A stretch of DNA of 63,847 nucleotides, the filler included, from Octopus bimaculoides (taxonomy: Eukaryota): the NCBI RefSeq assembly GCF_001194135.2. It is 10 parts of 9 records of this genome, joined end to end, with 100 filler letters (N's around TTAATTAATTAA, not from the genome) between each part and the next. Parts side by side here need not be neighbours in the genome. Positions count along the whole stretch, not along the records: positions 8,990 to 12,260 come from NC_069005.1; positions 12,361 to 14,572 come from NC_069007.1; positions 14,673 to 38,854 come from NC_068984.1; 7 more parts are not named here. One strand, given 5' to 3'. Shown piece after piece: positions 12,135 through 24,813 of the stretch (positions are counted from its first letter, which is position 1; each line of letters starts with the position of its first letter). The notes under the pieces were generated by a model. That model was not told the DNA's origin. It ran no database searches and saw nothing but the letters and a program-made list of their open reading frames with translations. The position numbers and the translations under genes were made by a program.

Positions 12135-12217
12135 CTAAACAAATTTTTTAAATAGTTATATGTATATATACACACATATACATTATAGACATACACACAC
12201 ACATATGCAAATATATT

Positions 12218-12260
<43 letters not shown>

Positions 12261-12887
12261 NNNNNNNNNNNNNNNNNNNNNNNNNNNNNNNNNNNNNNNN
12301 NNNNTTAATTAATTAANNNNNNNNNNNNNNNNNNNNNNNNNNNNNNNNNNNNNNNNNNNNGTATGTATGTATGTATGTATGTACGTATGTATGTATGTAT
12401 TTATGGTATGTATGTATGTGTATATGCATGTATGTATATATGTATCAACGTTCCATAACCTTTAACACATATTTAGTGTTTTGTGTCAATTAAGTTCAAC
12501 AGAATTAACCTGTCATAAAAAAAGGCCACATTCTCATTAGCTTTACAGACTCAATCACAGACATAAACACACTCACACACACACTCACACACATATACAC
12601 ACACACACACACATAGACGACAATACGGGTACAGACACATTTCCGTTCTTAACCTCCCACTCGTTGTAATAAACAAATATATACGTGCATAGATACGTAC
12701 ACCCAACCTACCTTGCGTAAAGGCACGGCTTTAGTGTGTGTAGAATTCTATTGATGCAGGGACGCATACACATGTATGTCCGTATTTGTGTCTGCGTATA
12801 AATGAATGTATACATGCACTTATGTTTTCGCATGTATGCATATTACACCCACCCACACATAGACACACACACACACACACACATATA

Positions 12888-12933
<46 letters not shown>

Positions 12934-13935
12934 NNNNNNNNNNNNNNNNNNNNNNNNNNNNNNNNNNNNNNNNNNNNNNNNNNNNNNNNNNNNNNNNNNN
13001 NNNNNNNNNNNNNNNNNNNNNNNNNNNNNNNNNNNNNNNNNNNNNNNNNNNNNNNNNNNNNNNNNNNNNNNNNNNNNNNNNNNNNNNNNNNNNNNNNNNN
13101 NNNNNNNNNNNNNNNNNNNNNNNNNNNNNNNNNNNNNNNNNNNNNNNNNNNNNNNNNNNNNNNNNNNNNNNNNNNNNNNNNNNNNNNNNNNNNNNNNNNN
13201 NNNNNNNNNNNNNNNNNNNNNNNNNNNNNNNNNNNNNNNNNNNNNNNNNNNNNNNNNNNNNNNNNNNNNNNNNNNNNNNNNNNNNNNNNNNNNNNNNNNN
13301 NNNNNNNNNNNNNNNNNNNNNNNNNNNNNNNNNNNNNNNNNNNNNNNNNNNNNNNNNNNNNNNNNNNNNNNNNNNNNNNNNNNNNNNNNNNNNNNNNNNN
13401 NNNNNNNNNNNNNNNNNNNNNNNNNNNNNNNNNNNNNNNNNNNNNNNNNNNNNNNNNNNNNNNNNNNNNNNNNNNNNNNNNNNNNNNNNNNNNNNNNNNN
13501 NNNNNNNNNNNNNNNNNNNNNNNNNNNNNNNNNNNNNNNNNNNNNNNNNNNNNNNNNNNNNNNNNNNNNNNNNNNNNNNNNNNNNNNNNNNNNNNNNNNN
13601 NNNNNNNNNNNNNNNNNNNNNNNNNNNNNNNNNNNNNNNNNNNNNNNNNNNNNNNNNNNNNNNNNNNNNNNNNNNNNNNNNNNNNNNNNNNNNNNNNNNN
13701 NNNNNNNNNNNNNNNNNNNNNNNNNNNNNNNNNNNNNNNNNNNNNNNNNNNNNNNNNNNNNNNNNNNNNNNNTATATATATATATATATATATATATAAT
13801 TATATGTGTGTGTGTGTGTGTGTGTGTAAGTAGGTGTTTGTTTGTATAAGCATATACAGTCATGTGTGTTTATATACAGATATATAGATATATAAACGCG
13901 CACACACACACATATATATATATATATGTATGTAT

Positions 13936-13982
<47 letters not shown>

Positions 13983-14507
13983 CTTACATACATACAGACA
14001 CACACATATATGTATGTATACATGAATGAATGAATGAAATATAACACATAAGAAAAATGAATAAGCTAGCAAGAAAGAAAGAGAGAGAGAGAAAGAAAGA
14101 AAGAAAGAAAGAAACGCGAAAACAAAGCGGAAATCTCTGGTGTATGTATTGGTGTCTAGGCGTGAAAAGGTAAAAGACAGATATGAGAGGATATAAAGAC
14201 AAACACACTGGGTGACCTCCCCCTTACTATGCTTCTGGTGAGATCTTTTCAATGACGAGATGAGGGTCATACCAGCGACAACAACAACGGCAGGAAAGGC
14301 ATAGAAATAGGTTTTTAAAAACCCACAAAACTCTTCACAAAATTTTTCCCACAAAAAAAAAAAAAAAATGAGAAAGAAGGAAAGAAGTGATAAAAGGAAG
14401 GAAGGAAGGAAAAAAAACGAAAGAAAGAAAGTTTTTGAAAGATCGATGAAACGAGAGGGCGACACAGGTGGAAGATTTAAGAACAATTTATCCACCCAGC
14501 CATTTAT

Positions 14508-14543
<36 letters not shown>

Positions 14544-15027
14544 TTATATTGCTTTATATGTATGTATGTATGNNNNNNNNNNNNNNNNNNNNNNNNNNNN
14601 NNNNNNNNNNNNNNNNTTAATTAATTAANNNNNNNNNNNNNNNNNNNNNNNNNNNNNNNNNNNNNNNNNNNNAGTTAGTGGAATAGTTTCATTTTTAAAG
14701 TGAAAGTATTTGACATGAGTGTTTTTGTTTCACTTTTGACACGTAATACTTAAATAGTGGAGGAGATATTATGTTGCCGTGTGCTCGAACTCTGCAAGAA
14801 GTTAATAATTTTTTTTGACTAAAACACAACTGGAACCCTAAGTAAGGCATGTGTAAAATTTGAATGAAATTGGTTGCGTAGTTCTCGAGTTTTAGGGATT
14901 CACACACACAGACAGACAGACAGACAGATAGACAGACACACATTCTCATTTTTATATATATAGATAGATGAACAATTAAAACAATTGTCATAACTAAATT
15001 AATGCTTTCTCATTTTAATTTTTCCAG

Positions 15028-15101
15028 ATAATGTCCATTTCCAGCATTCAGCACAACTTATTAAAGCTTTGACCAATGCCAATATCTATTTCAGAACTCA
15101 G
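15028..15101 (+). CDS. Dipeptidyl peptidase IV family (S9B; DPP4/DPP10-like) penultimate exon
   Basis: tttccag|AT AAT GTC CAT...ACT CAG|gtaag gives (D)NVHFQHSAQLIKALTNANIYFRTQ. The DNVHFQ motif carries the catalytic Asp (human DPP4 DDNVHFQQSAQISKAL). Confidence 0.92.
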
Positions 15102-16414
15102 GTAAGATTGTTTCAAATATAACCGTATATTTAATTGAATCTTCCATCATCATGTCAAAAGAAAGTGATTTTTATTCTTAATATTAAAATTAGCAGCTGC
15201 TAAAACCAGTTGTTTTTCTTTCTCACTTGGTCTCCAGTGATCTAATAATCAGTATAAGTATCAAAAGGCAATTTATATATCCAACTTAACATGGATGACT
15301 TGTTAGAATGCAGAATACTGCAGTATTCTCTTTGAGAGATAAAAGTAATAACATATATCATAGCTGGTTATTTGTGACATCATTGACTGGAAAGACTCTA
15401 TACTCTATATATCATATAAGTAAGGTTTGTCTGGTATGTGGTCACCAGACACCTGCTACTGAAGAAGTGCGATACACTGGAATCATGTGATCTAGCAGCT
15501 CAAGTACCTATACCAGATGATTCTTATCTGTTACAATATATATCTGTGCCTTTGTGCACCATGGCATCATGCATCTTTATGAGAGAATCTTTCAAAGTGA
15601 ATACTGCAATATCTTGGTGTGTATTCTGACAAAACATTCACATTAAGTTGGATATAAAGATTGCTTTTCATACTAATACTGTTTCTGTTGCTAATAATTA
15701 TATATAGATATTAATCAAAGTGTATGGTATTATATATCCATTACAGCCAATATCCATTATGGCCAATTGGTTTCGCACCAGAGATTCAACAGACTATTAG
15801 GTAATACTCCAATTATGTAACGCTGTGCTCTTCAGAGGTAGCAGCTATGGAATGAAATGTGGCGACTGCTCTCTATTGTTGGAGGTTAATAGACACATCC
15901 AGTTTGTAGTTGCTGTGCAAAACATGATGAAACAAAATGAGCAGGTGTTAAGTTAAGAGTTATGTCCCTTGGTATTAAAACATCATTTCTGGGGTGCTTT
16001 TGCTGCAAGTCGGTGAGAGTTTTCTGGAAATGAGTGTACCTTTAAAGTTGATGCTCCTGTGGAAATGGAAAATGTGTTGTGGTATTATATGTATAGCCTT
16101 TGCTGGTGGGTGGCGGGCATACACATCGGTGTTCGTTAGTGCGTTTTCTTTCTATTATGTTTTGGTTAAATTCTTGGGGCAATTATGTATGCATGCAGCA
16201 TGTGTAGGGGTACAATTCTTGTGGGGGCTTATATTGGGGAGTGATGGAAAAAATCCGTTGGGTCAGTGTCTGCAGTTCAGGGGTGTGTGTGCTTGTGGGT
16301 TCATTTGTGTATCTTCTGGACAAACTATTTGCTGGTCTCCCCGGTATTAGTGAAGCGCTGAAGTTGGGGGACTGGTGATTATAGTTGTGATGGGGTACAC
16401 ATGTATGATAAGAT

Positions 16415-16870
16415 TTACTTCCTTTCATGTGGGCAAGTATTAAAAATTTCACTTCTGCTGTTCAGGTAGACATCTAGGTGTTGGGAGCACATTAAAATCC
16501 ACTTTCTCAGCCAGCCATAATCCGGATTTCCTACAGCTATGGAAGTATGCTCCACTTTAAGCTGTGCTCAAAGGCACTTTTTTTTCAACAACCATACATG
16601 CTTGGCTAGGGTTGTGGAATTATGTTTCTGCAGGATATTGAAGGAGGACTTGTGGTTGATATAGATTGTGAAGAGACCTTCGTTTGCTATCACATTCTTT
16701 CACACATTTGGTTCCCATTGGAATATTGCTGTTATCTCAGCTTTGTATACAACAGTCTCCATATTATAGAGAAGATGTGATTTTTTTTTTGTCTCTCATT
16801 CACATCTAACTTTGCATTCAAAATAATAATTTTTCTATCGTCTTGGCCTAACAGCCCTTACCATTTGTTT
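16415..16870 (-). mobile_element. Degraded Penelope-like (Neptune-type) GIY-YIG endonuclease remnant in the DPP intron
   Basis: Minus-strand pieces INHKSSFNILQKHNSTTLAKHVWLLK, HSLKWSIL and LNSRSEIFNTCPHERK*, joined by frameshifts. Confidence 0.75.
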
Positions 16871-17786
16871 TCACTGTTCTGTCTTGTTTTTACTGTCTTC
16901 ACCTAGGTCAACTTTGCCTTTCATCCTTTCAGGGTCGATAAATTAAGTACCAGTTGCATACTGGGGTCGATCTAACTGACTGCCCCTCACCCCTAAAAAT
17001 TTTGCGCCTTGTGCCCAGAGTAGAAAAGAATATATTTTACATCGGCGCTACTAATAGGGTCCAGAGTTTTGATGCACTTATTTCTACCTATGGTTTAGTG
17101 GTTAATATGCTCCTTATTCTAAACAGTGTTGCTATTTGATATATTTTAAATATTAATATTATTTTCCTATTATGTCCATTATTAGTGTACCTACTGTTGC
17201 TATAATTGCATTGACTTCTATTATTATGCATATTTAATCTGGTAGTTGTATTATTACCATAGTGCATACACAAATCAGAGCTAACTCCATGATGATGGCT
17301 GTCATTCTTTGTAGTATCAAGATTATTACCTGTACACTTTCTACTAGTATGTAAGTTATTATTTTTCTGGTGTTTCAAATAGATACAGTATTTGGGAAGG
17401 TAGGTAATTCTGTCAACTTATTCAGTTTGAACTAAGGTTTCAATGTAATATTCAGAGTTTTGGTTGAATATTTCTTCATTAGCCAAAAGCATGGATATCT
17501 TGGTAGAAACATTATTCATTATTGACCTAATTACATGTCAAGGATGGTTTGATAGTCGGTTCATATACTTCAGATGCTCATTGGGTTTATGATATGACCT
17601 ATGCAGGCCAGAATCAAGATCCAATGTAACATCCTGGAAACAAACTATCCTCTGGTTACTGTCAAATGCTTAAAATGTCTGAACAATTTTTTTTTATATT
17701 TCAAATGAACTTTACATTCACTGTTCCACTGTCACATTGTCATTATTGATTATCATTGTTGTCATCTTCTATTGTCTATATTTCAG

Positions 17787-17951
17787 ATTTACACTGATGA
17801 ACAGCACAGTCTGAACACAGGCAATACTTACAGACATTTACATGAAACCATGGAAGATTTTCTCTTGGAGTGTTTTAATGGAAAATCTAAGAAATTTGAT
17901 AAGAAAACAAAGAAACAGGAAAAACTTTCAGCAAAACAGGAGGATGAATAA
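17787..17951 (+). CDS. Dipeptidyl peptidase IV family terminal coding exon
   Basis: tttcag|IYTDEQHSLNTGNTYRHLHETMEDFLLECFNGKSKKFDKKTKKQEKLSAKQEDE*. YTDEQH corresponds to the catalytic His motif (DPP4 WYTDEDH). The exon is in phase with the previous one. Confidence 0.92.
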   Translation: MYTDEQHSLNTGNTYRHLHETMEDFLLECFNGKSKKFDKKTKKQEKLSAKQEDE

Positions 17952-19290
17952 TAACTGTACTCCATTTAATTTTCTGGAAGAAAACTTTGTAAATGGAGTC
18001 TGTTCCTTTAATTTTTCAAACTAACCTTATCATTTACTAAGTTATTATTTTTACTATTAATACAAGCTATCGTTTCATTTAATTAGTTATTTAATAAAAT
18101 GCCTGAAATGGTCACAACTTAAATGCAATATTGAAATCAGTGTCTTAAGTTTTCAATTATAAATATCAGAATATTAAGATAAACAGTTAAACAGATAAAA
18201 CACTTGCTCTAAATGGTTTAAGTATATATCTAAAAAGAGAGAATATTTGTTCATCTTTTTTCACACTATATATTCAGTTTAGCGTACTAATTTTTACTAA
18301 TTATTTAGTCCAGATTCTAAGGATCTTAATATGATTTAATCTATGTTATATTAAGTTAGCAGTATTCGAAAAACCAAGTATATTTAGATAATAGTAAACC
18401 AGACTAGTTTCTATAAAGTAAATGAACTCTTAAGATAGCTGTATTGCCAAAATAGTTTGACTAATTATTTGTATCAAGTGTAATTAATTAGTCTACATTT
18501 GTTTTTACTAAAATGCATCATAATGTGAATGTAACAAATTATTTTACATCCATTATTTACCTTAAGAGCAGGGTTTTTCGTTTTGTTACTTACTAAATGC
18601 TAATCTCACCCCACCCAAGAATATTCATTTTCAAGAAGTTTTGCTGATAAATCTGTTTCATTGAATATCAGCTCTGAATCTAATGGTTTTCTTATAATGT
18701 CAATATATTTATATATGTATACAATATGTATATTTTTTTTTATATTTAATCTAATGAAATAAGCATGTTTAACTTAAGCACAGTAACTTTACACTCACTT
18801 TAATTCTTTAATTCTTATACAAAACTGTCAAATCAACACATTAAAAAAATTTATTTAATTTAAATAATGATATTTTTAAAATCTAGGTAATTGATTTCTG
18901 AATGATTAAAGCTCAATAAATAGACAATAATTCACTTACAGCGTTGAATTAGTGGGAAAATTATCAAAGTCGCTTCCATTAAAAAATATGTTAAAAATTA
19001 AAAAAAAAAGAATATGTTATAACTTATGATATTTTTCATCTGAAAGCTTTAAGGGTTTGGTTACTAACATATATTTTGACTTAACACCTTCATTTACATC
19101 GATATTTTATTTAGTTGTTATTGTTGTTGTTTTTTTTGTTTTTTTTTGTTATATGTTTTATTTATATTTCCAAAAATATTGAAATTCATTCATAATTTGT
19201 TATCAAAACAAATTCTAATAACTAACTTCCTTGTAGAGGTTAAGATTATTTAATTGTTTTCAAGATGACTTTGAGATGGTATTAGTAAGA

Positions 19291-19520
19291 TTAACCCTTT
19301 TGATACCAACCGGCATGAAACCACCTCTGGCTCTGTAGTACAAATTTCTTGTTTTCAAAAGTTCTGAATTAAAATCTTCCACCAAACCTTAGTCACAATT
19401 TATGTTCCTAAGACTAGTTTAATGATAACTAAGTTATTTTACTAAATTCTATGTTATATTTAAAATTAATTGAAAGAAACTCAGAGCATCTCAACAAAAA
19501 TATGGTAACAAGAGGGTTAA
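19291..19520. mobile_element. piggyBac-type MITE
   Basis: TTAACCCTTT...AGAGGGTTAA. Its reverse complement aligns with 11655-11866. Confidence 0.75.
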
Positions 19521-19860
19521 TTAGTAAGCTGGCATATTTTTATGTCCTGCATCAGTCATTCTAATAAATTATCACAGAATAGCACCAAATCTTAGTTTCA
19601 TAATTTTGTAAACTATTTTAATTATTTCATTTCAAAATTCAATTTTATTTTCTTTAAAGTTAAACTTGAGATTAAAAAGATTTAAAATCTAAGTTTACCT
19701 TCCAATTTAAATATATTTAGTATTTTCATTAATTCTAAGATTTAATTATTTTTTCACCTCTTTTCCACATTTTCCCTTCTCCCATACATGTCATGTCCAC
19801 ATTGAACTATAGTTTTTCATTCATAATTTTCTCTTTTCCTCTTCACCACCATGTGCAAAT

Positions 19861-19896
<36 letters not shown>

Positions 19897-20229
19897 CTGA
19901 TACATATATCCTTTCCATTCATCATTTCTTCATTCTCTAAGAAATATGTATAAAGAATTGATTTAACAAACTCTACTGGTGATATTTCTTATTTATTACT
20001 CAAGATCAAAGCATGCCTTGTTTTTTTTTTGTGCTTTTTTTTCAATATTTTTCTTTTTATTATTTTCTTTATATCCCACCTATTTTATGTATTTTTAAAG
20101 AAGCTAAACCATTGCTTTTTTTTTTTATTCCAAACATAAAATTTCTAGGCAAAAAAGAAAGAATAAATTATTCAATATTTATTGTAATATAATCCAGTAT
20201 GAAATACATTTTATACTTTTGCTCTAAAG

Positions 20230-20466
20230 CATCAAACAAAATGCCTTGCAGTATTTGTTCTGGCTTTTTACTTCTGAATTCAAATCCCACTGAGGTCAAC
20301 TTTGCCTTTCATCCTTCTGGGGTTGATAAAATAAAGCACCAGCAATGTGCTGGGTTGATATAATTGACCGTTACCCTCCCCCAATATTTCTGGCCAAATG
20401 ATTTTTAATGCTTGACAGTTTTATCTTAAGTTAAGAATGATTATTTATAATGTTGTATTATTATTA

Positions 20467-20509
<43 letters not shown>

Positions 20510-20935
20510 CATTATTATTTTATAAGGGCAGTGGATTGGCAAATTCGGTATCAATGTAGACAAAATACTTTTGTGGTATTTAGTTACATTTCTTTATGTC
20601 ACAAGTTCAATTCCCACTGGGATTTACATTGCCTTTCATTCTTAAGGGATGAAAGTTGATAAAAAAAATACTACCAGTCAAGTACCAGAGGTCAATATAA
20701 CTGACTAACTCCTCCCTAACTCCAAATTTGAGGTTTTGTGCCTATTTTAGAAATTATTTTTAAGGCAGAATCATTAGCACACCTGACAAATTGTTTCAGG
20801 GCATTTCATCTGTCTTTACATTCTGAGTTCAAATTCCACTGAGGTTGATGAAATAAGTACCAGTGAAGTACTGAGGTCAAAGAAATTGACTAGCCTCCTC
20901 CTACCAAAATTTGAAGCCTTGTGCCTATAGTACAA
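20230..20935 (+). mobile_element. Cluster of three SINE copies plus a (TAT)n tract
   Basis: Repeated GTTCAAAT.CCACTGAGG..GA..TTGCCTTTCATCC...GATAAA..AAGTACCAG...CCTTGTGCC motifs at about 20230, 20520 and 20765. Confidence 0.75.
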
Positions 20936-22139
20936 ATGATGATTATTATCATTATTAAAACAAAAGAGAAGAAATCATTACAATTACATTATTAATTGTA
21001 AAACTTCAGTTGTTAATATCATTAGTGATAGCATCATTATGTATATCAAGAGGAGTTATGGTACTTGATGGTCCAGATAAAAATCCCAGCTAAGATTTCC
21101 ACTCAGATAAAGAGGTTTGTATTAACTCTTCAGTTAAACCAGGTGTTTCCAAAGTGGGATGACACAAGTCAATAAAGATGTTGCATTCCTGAAGTTAAGA
21201 AGATAGAGTGACAAAGTTATGGAAACACTGGAAACCACAGGCTAAAACTACAGCACATTGCATTAAAATAAGAAGCTGATTGTTATGCTTCATTCCAGAA
21301 AATGATAACTCAAACACTGATATAAACAGTAGATATGCCCAGTAATTAAAAGCATCGTCCTTATGATCCATGAAACTCAGGGTTAATGAGTTTCATTGGT
21401 AAATTTTCACAGAAATAATGTTTCACACCATAATCAAAATTAATTCCAAAAATATTAAAAATTCAAGTAAATTCATTTAAATTAAAAACTAAAGGAAATA
21501 ATGTTTGTGTTCTTTGAATTTATATTTTCAGTTTCTAGTTAAATTTTTGATAGTTACTTCATGAGTATTTAATTTGTGAATCATAGAAGATATATACATT
21601 TATAAAGAAAACGCTATGGTTAAACATTCAAAGAATCTATTAAAAAATATAAAACATACAATCATGATCTCATAACTACTTAATTGTATGCTGATAGTTA
21701 TACTAAAGAATTCTCTAAAGCTTTGTGAAAGAGTACCAAATTTCAATATTTTAATAAGGAATATCCCATTAAATAGTGATCTCCATTTTGTATGATGGAT
21801 TCACATTTTCTCTTTCTATTTACACATTTATCTACTTTATATCTACTATTTTATCTTCATAAATAGTTTTCTCTAATTCTCTAATCAACCCAATGCTTAA
21901 CCCCAGCAGGAAAACTTTCTACTAGTACAGTATTGTATTGGCATTTGTCTGTTTTGGAAGACAATGGCAATGCTACAAAGTCATTTCTGTTTCACTAAGC
22001 ATTTTTGGTAGTTGCTTAGCAGTGCTATTCTAGTGTAACAGACACTTCCACACTATCTTTACATATACAACAAGCTGAAGAGTATGATTGGTTATACCAC
22101 CTCTGATGCAAGGGATCATGAGTTTTATCTACCACTGCC

Positions 22140-22300
22140 TTTCTGCTTAACAGTTTCAGCTTCAAGTTCTTTTTGCGCAAGTTCTTGGAGCACAGTAGCA
22201 GGCAAACTGTTCTTCAAGGTCTTCCAGCAAGCACTCCAAACAGGAGGTCTTTTGGGATGCAGCCGTCTTCCATCCAATGAACATGTTCAAGCCAGCTCTG
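22140..22300 (-). mobile_element. Degraded RTE/BovB-like LINE C-terminal fragment
   Basis: WLEHVHWMEDGCIPKDLLFGVLAGRP* resembles the RTE motif WLGHVxRMxDGRIPKxxLYGEL. Confidence 0.7.
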
Positions 22301-23949
22301 GTAACATTAGTACACTATCTACCATTCTTGCAACTGCTGCAATTCTTCACAGTAAATTATATTATACAGTAAATTATATTATACTTTATAGAAGTAAAGT
22401 TCTATTGAAATTATTCTGAATTTGTCAACTCACTTCATGGTTAACCATTTTGTTTAGAAAATATTCTTATAGGAAAATGTTTAAAAATATTTTGAGCATT
22501 AGTTGAAGGCTTGTAGATTAAATTGCAAGTCAAGGATTATTATGTTATTTATTTAAATACAAATTTTCCTTTCACTTGTAATCCATTCTTTATATAACAG
22601 TAGAAAAAAAATTATATTATCCTACAAAACCTTACTACAGTTGTAGAAGGTCTGGAGAAAATAACAGGTGTTATTACTAGGAGTGGATATAAACAAATTG
22701 AAAGACTGAGTCTTCAACATTGTAAATGGACTAATTAAAATAAACATAATATAAAAATAATCAGTTGCAATGTTTTAACCAATTAAAATAAATACTTATT
22801 TTTTAAAATGCCATTTGGAAATTCCAACAATTATTGTTTTGAACTTTTAATTGATGTACAATAAACAGAAACTTCATTCTAATTCAGGAAATGAACTAAC
22901 GATATGATGAAATAAATATGTAATCATTCAACAAATACATTTGTGAACTATGAAGCAATGTTATTGGACAAAACAAGAGAACATGTTTGGGGACCTTGGT
23001 TCAAATCCTACATGGATTGATTATGTCCCACCCCTGAAATATAAAAGAAAATGATCTTCTGTATAGAAAAAAATCCAATATACAGTGAGTAAAGTCTGTG
23101 ATGCTCTTTTGATGCTGGTTGATGTGATTTCATTAACTTCATGGTTTCCAAAGCCTCAGAGAAAATCACAAAGATTATCATACTTCATCTTTCCTAAAAT
23201 ATATGCTCTCTATGTCAGCTCAGAAGTACACAAATGATTGAGTACTAATCTAGATGCTTTATGCTTTAATCATGAATCATCTCTGGCTGGAGTTAAATTT
23301 CTCTCTCTCTCTCTCTTGAAGTCAATAAAATTGTTTATATCTCTGTCCGTAAAAAAGATTGAGCTTTCGTGCAAAGGCAAGAATAAATCAAAATATAATA
23401 GGGCATAATAGACCTTGCAACACCATATCAATGTTCTAAAACCTGTATTTGTTATTCAACCTAGTCCTTACCCTTTTTAACCCCAATTCCTGTTGATTAT
23501 AACATTATCTCTTCCTTATACTCATGTGCTTTCATATGTGCATTCATATTTCTGTACTACATATGTGTACATATGCACATACACATAGCATTTGATGATT
23601 AATCGATGGCAAAGGCAAAAACAACTAATCTAATGAATACTCAACTAAAAGGGGTAAATGATAAAAGAAAAATCTATTAAAATAAAATGGAAAGGAAAGA
23701 ATAAAAATAGAAATCACCAAGAGTTTTGATTTATCATAATCTTGGTATACATTTATAATAGTTTAGTAATCTAAAAATAAAGTATAAAAAGACAGAAATC
23801 AATAGATGCTGGATTGAAAACTGGGGGAAAAAAACGTTGCTATTATAAGCAACATTAGCTGGCTAACAATAACTTGTAACTGTTGCCAAATATGTGGTTT
23901 CTGTCATGTAACAGTAAATTGGTTGTTTGTTACTAATGTAACAAGATGC

Positions 23950-24480
23950 TTGATGCTTTTGATTTAAAGAAACAGATCATCACTATTAGTTATTACCAAT
24001 GATTGCAGAAAACTACTAACGCAAAATATAGCAGTAGCAAGTAATGTGAAACAATGTTTGCCAGACAGTAACCAGTTTCCTAACAATGATTGCTGGTAAC
24101 CAGCAAATAAACTGTTTGCTAGTATAGTAACCACTGTACAAACCAATTATTGTTGGTATAGCAACCAGAAACCAAAAACAAAGATCGCTGTTATGGTAAG
24201 CACCAGCCAGATTAAAGATTGCTGGTATGGTGGTCACCAACAAAACAAATGATTCCAGATATGTTGACCATCAACCAACAATAAATGATTGCTGATAACA
24301 ACAAATCAATGATTGCTTATATGGTAATTAATTGCTGCTTACTAACAGCTAATTGTTGGTAACAAGCAACCAAGCCAATAATTACTGGTACCTAATAACC
24401 AAGATTATTAGCAAACTACAACCAAAGTTTGTTGGTGACTAACAACCAAACCATTGGCTACTAACAGCGGTAACCAGTGG
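23950..24480. repeat. Highly degenerate minisatellite (about 25-30-bp units with a GATTGCTGGTA/GTAACCA core)
   Basis: Recurring AATGATTGC(T)G, ATTGTTGGTA and GTAACCA words across about 500 bp. No ORF explains the periodicity. Confidence 0.6.
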
Positions 24481-24677
24481 TTGTGTAAAGGAATAACTTT
24501 ATCTATGGACTTTTATTATTGTATTTTGTTACTATATTAATTTTCTATTCTATTTTTCTGTTTATTCAAGCAGAAATTTATTGCATTTTATAAAATTATT
24601 TCCATTGCATTTAAAGACAAGTAGTTAGTTACAGGTTGTTTTACACACTCTTAGTTATTAAATACCTATATATGTGT

Positions 24678-24710
<33 letters not shown>

Positions 24711-24760
24711 AGTGACTGTGTGCATATATATGTATGTTACTATGTGTATATCTATGTGTG

Positions 24761-24813
<53 letters not shown>

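Noticed and set aside
15757-15797. Hammerhead-like CUGUUGA...GAAACCAAUUGG on the minus strand downstream of the Neptune GIY remnant
   Set aside because: Core, cleavage triplet and stem I are all mutated. It is consistent with a dead pLTR ribozyme but too degraded to call.
9694-17951. AAAS nested in or overlapping the DPP gene
   Set aside because: Two artificial join spacers (12305 and 14617) lie between them, so adjacency is unsupported.
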